Shown in pieces: positions 8,392 to 19,653 of a DNA stretch of 64,000 nucleotides. The DNA comes from Octopus sinensis (lineage: Eukaryota): the NCBI RefSeq assembly GCF_006345805.1, contig NC_042998.1:139128001-139192000 (forward strand), written 5' to 3'. Position 1 is the stretch's first letter. Each line of letters opens with the position of its first letter. A program made the translations under genes and the position numbers. The notes under the pieces were generated by a model. That model was not told the origin of the DNA, did no database searches, and saw nothing but the letters and a program-made list of their open reading frames with translations.

Positions 8392-10379
8392 ATGCCAGCA
8401 CCGCCTCGACTGGCTTCCGTGCCGGTGGCACATAAAATACACCAGTCTGACCGTGGCCGTTGCCAGCCTCGCCTGGCACCTGTGCAGGTGGCACGTAAAA
8501 AGGACCCACTACACTCACGGAGTGGTTGGCGTTAGGAAGGGCATCCAGCTGTAGAAACATTGCCAGATTAGACTGGAGCCTGGTGCAGCCTTCTGGCTTC
8601 CCAGAACCCCGGTCGAACCGTCCAACCCATGCTAGCATGGAGAACGGACGTTAAACGATGATGATGATGATGATGATGTTAGTTCTTCTTTGGTATTCCA
8701 ACTTGACGTTTTATCTAGAGTTCACTGTGACCTTTTATATCACCCAGATGTAGAACTAGCATAATCACTTTGGTTCCTTGTTATCTTCTGAGAATACACT
8801 TAAATCATCACTTCTCCACTAACTCAGTTTTATTGTTTCTTTCAAAAAGATTGTTTAAAAATAAAACCTTTTGAGACAGGAGATATAACAAATTTTGCAT
8901 GAACTTAATATGTGCAGATACAGAGCCAACACTGACTAATAGAGGCCTTATATATAACTGTTATTCCCAAGAATGACTCAGTTTTTTTTCCTTTTTTTTT
9001 TTTTTAAATCGATCATTGCAATGGCTGAAATGGCACTTTTTCCCATTCAGTCTGAAATGAAGAGAATAGCATATGTAGTATTGAGACAAAACACAAGGAC
9101 TATAACACGTTTAGAGTTTATTACCATGTAATCAATTGTACCTCACACAACCAATCTACTTTTTCTACAATATAATTTCATCATGATATTTTTTCTTTTA
9201 TTTTATCATTTCTCTACAAGATTATCTATAATATTATTGTATTTTAGGTAGGTTTTTATACCAGTAATAAACACGTACACTGTGGTTAATAGTCTAACTA
9301 ATTGATTGTTTGATTGTTAGTCAATCAATCAGCTAGGTTTGTCAATATCCTTTCATCACCATTTGCAATCTCATCAATGGCATTTTCTCTCTACTCCTGT
9401 CTCTAATTAATTGGTTAAATATTAAATAAATTACTAGTAATATAAATGAAATATAATAGGTATGTGTTGCTTATTATTAGCATAATGACCTTCCTGTATT
9501 TCAATACACATCAATTTACATCAAGAATCTTGCAAACCAAAATCAAAAAAACTAATCTAGAATGATTATTAAGTTAAAAGCGTGATGTGCTGAACAACTT
9601 GTGCATAAATATCATGAGTGAAATTTCCCTCTAGACTTTAATCTGGATGGAGGAAACTTAATCTTGGGTGTTTTTAGTAGAGTCTACTTTGTTGAAAGTA
9701 TTCAAATCATATAGCTGGTTTTGGAACACTAGTCTTCCTGCATTCCACTAGTCTTGAAGGTCTTATATATACCACTTTTCCTCCTGACTAAAAGACTTTA
9801 AAAAAAAAATGGGTTGGCGAAAAAGGCAAAATTCTAGCTTCAATTGTTAGCACTCCTCCAAAGAAAAAGGGAGATAATGTCATGACATTAAGAATAAATC
9901 TAAGTTGATTTACATGCTTGATAGTGAAAGAGGAGTCTGATCTTTGTTTGCAAACAAGAGACAATTGTGCACAAGTTTCAGATATTAGACTTCATAGGCA
10001 TAACCGAATCTACTCTAGCCTGCTTTGATCAACTGATAAAGATTGTAACATAAAGAGAAAGAGCTACTAATAATTTTTTGCCACTATAATTTGCATAATT
10101 AAAGATCAAAACTGAAATAGACCAAAAGCATGAATTCAGATAAATAAAAGGGTGATGTATGTGAATATTTTACACAAAAATGGATGGCTGTCTCTCTCAG
10201 TTTATTCCAACTCAAATTTGTTTGGTGATGTAGAGACTTATTTTTCGACTTCTTCCCTGACATAGCCTTAATGTGTCACTAGCCCGTCCTTTTTGCCTAT
10301 TTTGGATTGTAAGAAATGCTTGAATTGAGTATATTGTATAAATATATATATATCAATATGTACTTTGTCTGTCTTGCAG

Positions 10380-10534
10380 AGTTTGACAAATTCCTTCAAG
10401 AGCGGGCAGCTGCTGCTGATAATTTACCAACAATTTCTGCAAGTACTGCTGGTTCTACATCACAGCCACCCATTGTCAACCCTCGACGCCAGTTGCAGAA
10501 AGACGATGATGACAGTCCACTGTTTGCTCTATGA
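10380..10534 (+). CDS. TOM1: TOM1/TOM1L2-like gene, terminal coding exon (EFDKFLQERAAAADNLP...DDDDSPLFAL*)
   Basis: TCTTGCAG acceptor. EFDKFL.ER motif and terminal LFAL* are hallmarks of the TOM1/TOM1L2 C-terminus. TGA at 10532-10534. Confidence 0.9.
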
Positions 10535-11324
10535 GAAAAAGCAACTGGCCTCTATCTGTAACTACCGCTGTATCCTGATAGCTGAAGACATGAGGCACAG
10601 ACATTCTTTATAATGTATATATATATATGCATGTGCATATATATATATGCATGTGCATATATATATATATATATGTATGTATATATATATATGTATGTAT
10701 ATATATATATATATACATACACACACACACACATATATATAATATATTGCTGGATGATGGCTATAATAGTCGTACCAGGTTGAGGCTTCATATCTTTTTT
10801 TTTTTTTTATCTAACAGAATTCAGAACAGTCATCTAAAATGTACCAATTTTGGTGAGAGAGGGGAGGGGTAGGTGAAGAAAATACTTTCTGTGTGTGTGT
10901 GTTAAGACTTCTTCTTCCGCTAAGCACACCTACACATCCACAACCCAAAATGTGCTTGCATAGAATAACATCCTGACGTGATAATAGTCACATTCTAAGA
11001 CAATAAGAAAATTTCTATCTTTATGCACACACGTGTACATACATTCAAATGTAATGACAGTTACCTTTCTAAGACAAAAAAAATTTGTCTTCATGCACAC
11101 ACATGTACATAACAAGCACATAACACCTGCTCCTGTTTTTTTCTTTCTTTTTTTTTTTTACATACATATTTCTCTTTCTTTCCTTCTCTCACCACATATA
11201 CACACACACATACATACACACACACTTATGCAGGTAGATCAACACATAACAGCTAACATCACTTGTTCTTACAATGATTTTACTCAAAATATTATTATTA
11301 CTATTATCATTATTATTATTATTA

Positions 11325-11990
11325 AGACAGTGAGCTGGCAGAAATGTTAGCATGACAGACGAAATGCTCAGCAGCATTTTGTCCGTCTTTACATTCTAAG
11401 TTCAAATTCTATCAAGGTTAACTTTGCCTTTCTTCCTTCCAGGGTTAATAAAATAAAGTACCAGCCAAATACTGGGGTCAACAGAATTGACTAAACTCAG
11501 GTCCCCTCAAAATTGCAGGCCTTGTGCCTAAATCAGAAAAACTGTTATTATTATTATTATTATTAAGACAGCAAGCTGGCAGAATCATTAGCCTGCTGGA
11601 CAAAATGCTTAGCAGCATTTCTTCCAGCTTAAACTTCTGAGTTCAAATTCCACCAAGGTTGACTTTGCCTTTCATTCTTTCAGGGTCGATGAAATAAATA
11701 CCAGTTGAGCTAGGGGTTGATATAATCGACTAGCCCACTCCCACTCCCCAAAATTAAGACCTTGTGCTTATATTAGAAAGGATTATTATTATTATTATTA
11801 TTATTATTGCAGTGGAGTAACAGAAGCAGTAGAGTGCTAGACTAAATGCGTTGAGGTGTTTAGTTTTATCCCTTTACCCCCGTAGTTTAATTCAATGAAA
11901 TACATACCAGTAATTATATATTTTAAGTCAATCCATTTAACTGTAATACCCACTTTTTACAAATTTCGGGTCTTGTGCCATTGAAAGCTA
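11325..11990 (+). mobile_element. Head-to-tail array of ~220-bp SINEs with (TTA)n tails (2 clear + 1 degenerate copy)
   Basis: Repeated GAGCTGGCAGAA...GTTCAAATTC (pol III A/B-box-like), core GACTTTGCCTTTCATCCTTTC.GGGTCGATAAAATAAGTACCAG, and end GGCCTTGTGCCTA...(TTA)n. Confidence 0.8.
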
Positions 11991-12477
11991 TCGTATTTCT
12001 CCTCACTTCCTATTAACTTTATTACCTCCCCTTTCATCCCTCTTTTCTGCACCATTTGCATTGCTGAATGTCACTGAAGGATGAGAAGAAAGAGAGAAGC
12101 CAATATTAATGAAACCATCATGTAATCTCCGTTGAGCCTTGCCAGTGGAGAGTAATGCAATAAAAGAGAAAAATAGAATGCAACAAAAAAAAAAAATACT
12201 ATTTGAGTCAATAGTAATTTAAACCTACTTACAATCAAAGCAAAACAAGCCTTTTTTATTTTCATTATGCTGTACGCTGATCAGCTCTTATTACTATAAA
12301 CCCTCTTTCTTTCTTTTTTTATTTTTTCATATTTTTCTCTTACCCATTTCCTTCTCTTTGTCTGAAGAAAGTGCGTATCAGATGTTTTGTTACAAACATA
12401 TTACCCAATTACTCTTGACAGATACAAGATAAGGGAAGATGTGTCCTATTTCCTATATTACTGTTGTTATTAAGAAT

Positions 12478-13115
12478 GGGGCAAGTTTGTCCATCTTTAC
12501 ATTTTGAGTGCAAATTTCATCAAGGTTAATTTTGCCTTTCCTCCTTTTGAGTCGATGAAATAGGTAACGGTTGCACAGTGGGGTTGATCTAATCAATTAG
12601 CCTGCTCCCATAAAATTTCAAGCAGAAAGGCTTATTATTATTGCTGCCAGCTGGTAGAGTAGTTAGCACATTGGGCAAAATGCTTGGCAGCATTTCTTTT
12701 GGTTTTACATTCTGAGTTCAAATTCCACCACGGTCAGCTTTACCTTTCATCCTTTCAATGTTGATAAAATAAATACCAGATGAACACTAAGGTTGATATA
12801 ATCAACTAGCCCTTCTTCCCCCAAAATTTCAGGCTTTCACTTTTAATAGAAAGGATTATTAATATTAAGGCAGTGAGCAGGCAGAATAGTTAGCATGCCA
12901 GACAAAATGTTTAGTGACATTTCTTCTGGCTCTTTACATTCTGAGCTCAAATCCTGCTGAAGTCAACTTTGTCATTTATCCTTTCAAGGTTGATAAAGTA
13001 AGTACCAGTTGAGCACAGGAGAAGGGTAGGAGGCAGGTGGCAATGTAATTGAGCTATTCCTGCCTCTAAAGCTACTGGCCTTGTACCAAAATTTTAAACC
13101 ACCACTATTATTATT
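12478..13115 (+). mobile_element. Second head-to-tail array of the same (TTA)n-tailed SINE (3 copies)
   Basis: Same head, core and tail motifs as 11325-11990. Confidence 0.78.
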
Positions 13116-13347
13116 TTAAACTGTTGGATTGACCTTGCAGTTGTCTTCTCCACTACGATATTCTTAACAATCTTTCTTCACTTTGGATCCTTATATATAT
13201 ATATATATAATATATATATATATAATATGAAGTAATGCCATCAATGGATAAATGAAACTTATTGATAAAAGTTCCATGTTTATTGAAGACAGGAAAAACG
13301 CCAGCTAACAGCATTGTTATTTAAATATGTCTTATTAATTTATTTTT

Positions 13348-13705
13348 AATCCAGTTCTATTAGATTTTTCTCTTTTTATTTTACCCCACAATCTTTCATT
13401 TGCTTTCTTTTATTTGTTTGTGTTGCTTGCTGCACTACATTATTTACAGCAAGAATCAAAACTATTAACAGCCCTTCATTAGTTTTTCTTTGGTATTCCA
13501 TCTTGAAGTTTTGTCTGGAGTCTATCATTATCCTTTATATCACCCAGATATAGAACTAACATAATCTCTTTGGTTCCTTGTTATGCTCTGAGAATACACT
13601 TAAATCATCACTTCTCCACTAACTCAGTTTTATTGTTTCTTTCAAAAAGATTGTTTAAAAATAAAACCTTTTGTGACAGGAGATACAATAAATGTTGCAT
13701 GAACT
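13348..13705 (+). repeat. 358-bp segment duplicated in the last TOM1 intron (4118-4232 + 8679-8905), where it is split by the RTE
   Basis: Direct ungapped alignment by eye at offsets 9230 (left part) and 4800 (right part). Confidence 0.92.
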
Positions 13706-14149
13706 AAAAAAATAACATATACACGCATGTGTATATGTGTGTGTGTGTGTGTGTAAAGAACAAGAAGAAAAAGTGAGCTTTATCAGGAATGGTGATTTAA
13801 TTAATATGCCAAAGACAATATTTAGCTTCCATTTCGTATCGTAAAGTTTAATTTATATGTCATTAGCGCTACTTCTATAAATAGTATTTCACTTTTACAG
13901 AATTAATGATATAAAAATGTATTTTTTCTTTTAAATAAAATAAAATAAACCAAGAAAAATACTAAATAATGAAAAGGGAATTATAATTTTTTTAACTATT
14001 AATTTTGCCATTAGGCATGATGCTTTTTTCTGTTTTTGACATTTACAAAAAAGTTTATAAAGTGATGTATAGGTTTTATCCCTTCACATGTTTGAAAACT
14101 TAATTAATATTTAACTAATTTTTATTCTTGACAGTTAGTATCTACATCA

Positions 14150-14615
14150 TTATGTAAGAGAAGTTAGAGCATTCCAAGAAATACCTTGCAGTATTTTTTC
14201 CAGCTCTTTACGTCCTGAGTTCAAATTTTGTTGCTGCTTGTTTTGACTTTTGTGTTAGACAAAATGCTTCCTGGCATTTCTTCTCAGTTTACATTCTTTG
14301 TTCAGATTTCACCAAGGTCAACATATCTTTTTATCCTTTCAGGGTTGATAAAATAAACTATCTGGGCCCTGGGGTCAATGTAATCAACTTACCCCATCCC
14401 ACCAAAGTTTCAGGCCTTATGCCTACAGTAGAAAGGATTATTGTCATCATTATTATTAAAATGTGGTGAGCTGTCCTGTTCTTTACTTTCTGAATTCAAA
14501 TCCCACTGAAGTCAATGTTGACTTTCACTCCTTCAGAGTCATTAAAATAAAGTATCCCTCAAATTCTAGGGTTGGTGATATTGATAAACCTCAAAATTAA
14601 ACAGATTATTGTTAT
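14150..14615 (+). mobile_element. Third cluster of the (TTA)n-tailed SINE (partial and full copies)
   Basis: Same core motif at ~14310-14360 and ~14510-14555. Confidence 0.7.
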
Positions 14616-17600
14616 CATTTATTTATTAAAATGTGTTGTGGCAGAAGAGATGAAGTATCAGATTGAATACTTCATGCTATATTTATTGTCGCTTTGCAGT
14701 CTTGGATTGGATCCTACTGGTGTCAATAAAATAGCAGGCAAAATCTAGTTAGGGACATTCCTATGCCACTGATTTTATACAAAACTTGCTTGATGTAGGA
14801 CATTCTGGTGTTGAAACAATTTTGTTGTCTATTCTTCATAATTGGTTATATTTAGTTGAACTTCAAGCACAGCAGAAAGTAGAGAAATATAAGGATGCTT
14901 ATAAATACTACATGGAAAACTAAATAGAATTACAATTTTGGATATTTTTTTCCTTCCTAGCTTCACCCTGGACACACTTTCATCAGTAATGTGAGTAGTC
15001 ATATAGCTTTTCTACAGCAAGAAACAAGTTCTTTTCTAGCTCATTTTCTCACCCTTTAACCCCTTATCCTCTTGCAAAAAAAAAAGTCACCTCCCTCTCT
15101 TCTAGTGTAGCCTCAGTTAGTCAAAGGAGATCTTAATCTTGCAAATGTCATGGTGACCTCACTAGTGCTGTGCTTATGTATAAAAAAAATAAAGCACCTA
15201 ATTACATGTGGCAAAGTAGTTAGCATTAGATTCAGCATCTGGCTCTGTAGAAACCATGTCAAGGCAGATATCGGAGCACAATGCAGTGTTTGAATCCGTC
15301 TTATTCTGTCTGACCATCCACCCATAGACGTTAAGTGATGATGATGAACTTTTTCCTTTACCAGCAATAATAATCTGTCGAAGCACGTTTGTATCATATA
15401 AAGGGAAGTAACTCGATATTTGATATATCTCAACGTCTCTCCCCTCCTTCTCCTCCTCTCTCTCTGTGTCTACCTTCAGTGCCAAATGGTCTATCACCAA
15501 TGCAGTTGTGCCAAAACTACACCCAGTCATCCCATTCAGGTTTACACTGGCCTTGATTCAAGTAAGTCTTAATTTGTGTCTTGGTACCATTAATATTTAA
15601 GCTGTTGGAGTTGATGCAGCAGTACATAAGATAAAGAACGAGACCTTATAGTTTCTTGTTAGCTGCATTACAGTTCTGTCTTCTAGTGCTCTTAAACCTC
15701 AACTTTACACTTCATCCTTCTTGAGTGATTTAGTCCAGTATAACATCAAGGCTATTTATATCAGTTTTATGTCTTTCCTTGAAGAAATTGGTCCTGTCTC
15801 TAAATAAAGTTCCTTTTTTTTAAAGTAATTTTAATAGCTTTAGATAATTCTATTTGAAGTCGTTTCTATTACAGACACTGTGGTTAAGAAGTTTGCTCTT
15901 CAACCATGTAATTTCAGTTTCAGTTCCACTGTGTGGTACTTTGTGCAAGTGTCTACTGTAGCTTTAGGCTGACCAATGTTTTGTGAGTGAATTTGGTAGA
16001 TGAGAACTGTAGAAAGACCATCATATACATATATCCATACATGCCTACATATGTGTGTAAGTATGTACATTCTGAAAAACTGTTAAGCTACATGCAGTGA
16101 CATTTGTTGTAATTTTCCTTTAAACAAATTTTCTTCTGGGTTTCTACCGAACTTTCAGAGACATGTAGAATAAGAGATATCTTTCTTGAAAAACAGGTAA
16201 GGGTTAGCAACAGGAAAGGCTCCAGTTGTAGAACTATCTCACATAAGTATGTAAAATGACAGAACAGCAGCATTCTAGAAACCAACATCACCTAAAAACA
16301 TGTAAAATAAAACAATGCATTGATATGTATTCATCTAGCCCATTCTAGCCTGGAAAATAATTAAAACTGCAGTTTTCAACAAGTGACTTCAAAATAATGA
16401 TACTATCTGAGATAAAAACCACAAATTTAGGAAATAAGTAACTGAGTAGGCTGACACTGCCATACACACATATTCACCCCAATACATGACTGGCATTTTT
16501 ATCAACCATGAAAGGATGGAAAGCAAAGATAATTTTGATGAGATTTGAATTTAGAAAGCATTGTGAAAGCTCAACCTGGGATGAAACTATATAGACTACT
16601 GTATTCTATTCATATAAGAGTGCTTCTCTGAATCTTACCCACCAACAGATTATATAACAGAATGTTATAGTATTACCATATTTCCTTACAGTAAAATGTA
16701 AATCATCTATTCAAAATAAATTACCTTAAACAGAATCAAACTAAAAAATGCAGTTGCTTATTCTCTGCAATAGAAACTATTTCTAAAAATCTAAGAATGA
16801 ATGGATTCTAGATTAATCAAATATCTTTAAGCTACAATATGAAGTAAAAGGTTTGGTTTTTTTCCTTTAAATTAACAGATTAGGAAGGTTGTATGTAGTT
16901 ATTAATCTATATACATACACAGGAGTCAAAATATTTTGTATATAGTAGATATTGAGTTATCAGATGAATTCATTTGTTTAATCCTTTCCAATATTATTAG
17001 AATTAACACTATTTTTTTTTCATTCTTCCTCTACAACTTTTATCGCTTTTGAAATTGAATAAATATCTCTTTTCATGCAGATGATGATGGAGTGCTGGGG
17101 AGAAAAAACACTAATAAATTTATCTGACAATTCAAATGATAATAATAATAATAGATGTGTTAGTCACAGCATCTGCAATATTTTTTAAGACTGATTTCCT
17201 TCTTTTTCTAAAAGCAATATATTTCTTTGTTTTACATAATTTTGATTTGGAAGAAAATTTTGGCTACTCACCTTATTACTTAAACACTTGTCTGTTGACA
17301 AACACTGAGTAGTGTTAAATCACTAATGCAGTCACCCAGCAAGTTATAAACCTGTCTATTCTCAGAAAACCTGCCAAGTGATGTTAGAATCATTATTCAC
17401 TTAAACTCAAGTCAGTTTACAATATTTCTTCATGTTTATTTATAACATGGAATTAATTACTGAAATCTAACTCTGTTACCCAAAATACTCCAGTTTGATG
17501 AAATTATTGTTAATTGAAAGAAAACCTGAAGTCAACTTTCTTAAATGAAGGTTTTCTTTTCAATTTAACAAGTTATCTTCTATTTTTCTACCAGCTTCAA

Positions 17601-18004
17601 AAAGAATCTCTCAACCCCCCCCTCTTTTCTGCTTTCACTACTCCAAGATGTTCCATTGTCTTCATATATTATTGCTTATATCTTATTTGTGTGTGTTATT
17701 TATTTTGTTTCATAATTACTCTTGGCAATTAAAATGAATTCAATGATCAAAAAACATTTTGTTTTGTAACTTTTGCATTTTTTTTCTATCTCTCTTTCTC
17801 TTTGTCCTAAATGCTAAGACATCGGCTTGCTCTTTAAGACAAGAATATTTAATCCCACTCAAGCAAATCAAGCTTCATTCAACAACCATCACCACCAATA
17901 TCTTAGAAGTGCATTTGTAAGACACTGGCCTTTATCATCTCCCACTCTTTACTGAAATTGTTTTCCTTAAATAAAAGCAATAGGATGGCAAAAAAACTAT
18001 AATA

Positions 18005-18170
18005 GACTCGTCATAGGCAAAGTGCAGCCTGCAGGACTTTCTGAACAGCATGCCCAATAAATAAAAATTACCTTGAATTTTTTTTTTTTTTTTTTTAATA
18101 ATATGGCCCACCTATTGATGGGCCATGTCTTATGTGGCTCACTTCTCAAGAATGTTTACCCACGCCTAGT
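18005..18170. mobile_element. hAT-type MITE, degenerate
   Basis: Similar along its length to 43443-43583 (CAGGACTTTCTGAA, CCTTGAATT, TGGCCCACCT) with degenerate TIRs. Confidence 0.55.
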
Positions 18171-19653
18171 ATAGACTGATAACATATGTGTTAAACAGAA
18201 CAGGTAAAAGGTCATCTATCATGAATGCTATAATATTCTGAAGCTGTGTCAAATTTTCTTCAGTAACAGATACATTAATGATGGTTGCATTTAATATTTA
18301 TTTTGATTTTGTTGACTTTTTTTTTGTATTTTTGTTTTAAATTTCCCCCCAACTTTTCACTGTCAATGAAATTATTGTTTGTTATTAAACTAGCCATCAC
18401 TGAATAACACAATTTCAGTAACACTTTGTGGAAAGTATTCCAGTTAAACTTCTAAACTTTACAACATCTCACTTTTATTATTGCCAACCACCAAAAATAT
18501 ATTTTGAGTTTAATTTATTATTTTTAGACAATATTTATGTATATCTTAGAAATATTAAACGATGGAGGAAAGAATGATAATGAAGGTTGAAGTTGGCTTT
18601 TATGCTGCCAAACTAGAATCAACAGGAGACAGTCCATCGCAAACAGTTTTGTAGTAATTGCACCCTTTTAATGTAGGTTCTTTTATTGCAATCATGTAAA
18701 AAAAAAAAAAATGTTAATGAGTTTCATTGTGATTTAGCTAATATAGCCTGTGTTTTCTCTCTTCAGTTGGTGAAGTCGGGTGTGTATATTCAATAATAAA
18801 ATACACACATTTTCATTCAAACAGGCATTCGCATGTTTCAGTGTGTGTGGTCTGTCAGGTTTGGGTGTGTGCATATATATATATAATTTGGTCTGACCAG
18901 GTTCCTCAGTTGAAGCTAATATTTTGTAGAATATTATATATCCTGTAATCAAAATATTACAATATAACCATTTAATTTCTGCACTTTCAGTTACAGAAAT
19001 AAAATATAATTTTAGAAAAAAAATAATTGCAATCATTATTATTATTATTATCATCATCATCTTTTCGTGTATCTAATTAAAACTCTCCTGGATTTAATTG
19101 TCCAAATATGGTGATTTTAGTTACTGAATTTTATTTTTAAAAAATAAACCATGTTTCCACTTTCCCTCACAGATTTTTGCTATTAATCTTCAGATGTAAG
19201 ACAATTGTGATGTTACTAAATTCGATTAAATGTATACTTTTATCCAAAAGAGATGTTTAAAAATATGACTTTCAAGTCTTGTCTGCATGAAGGAACTGAG
19301 GGTATCTTTGTAATTATATCAAAAACGAAACAATCTACCTTGACATTCACGTTTTTTTTGTTTTGTTTTGTTTTGTTTTTTTTTAAGTTTGATCAACTAT
19401 GCAAGTTGTTTACACTTAAATAATAAAAGAACTTACCTTTCATTCTATTATTTCCAATTGTTCTTGTTTCTAAGCAAATGCAGACCTCTGCCAAACCACA
19501 CAATTTGCTATCTAGTATGTTGTGATTGGCAGGCAAAATACACCTGCTTAAAACATTTAACACTTTGTCTACCATTGGAAGTCATCAGTGCTTCCCATAG
19601 TGGGTTTTGTTTTTTTTGTTTTTTCAAGCTTCACATTACTCTGGTTCAAATTA

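Larger units (their letters stand above)
4233..8678 (+). mobile_element. Young, near full-length RTE-clade non-LTR retrotransposon in the last TOM1 intron
   Basis: Single EN+RT ORF, CpG-retaining 5' leader, repeat-rich 3' UTR and (GAT)n tail at 8657-8678. Both ends are defined by comparison with the empty paralogous site at 13348-13705. Confidence 0.93.

Noticed and set aside
7878-8638. Antisense ORFs of 141 and 231 aa with internal repeats
   Set aside because: They arise from the 153/159-bp (multiple-of-3) tandem units in the RTE 3' UTR and show no protein-like features.
9294-9337. Short hairpin as a possible miRNA precursor
   Set aside because: Built from (GATT/AATC) simple repeats, with a short and mismatched stem.
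10316-10379. N-terminal part of the 72-aa ORF 10316-10534
   Set aside because: Intronic: a TA-rich tract and acceptor precede the real exon start at 10380.
11325-11420. tRNA genes at SINE heads
   Set aside because: Only A/B-box-like remnants without a cloverleaf; these are SINE promoters.
14955-14992. CTGATGA on the minus strand as another hammerhead
   Set aside because: No stem II and no GAAAC box; likely a chance 7-mer, as are those at 22601, 27123 and 42954.
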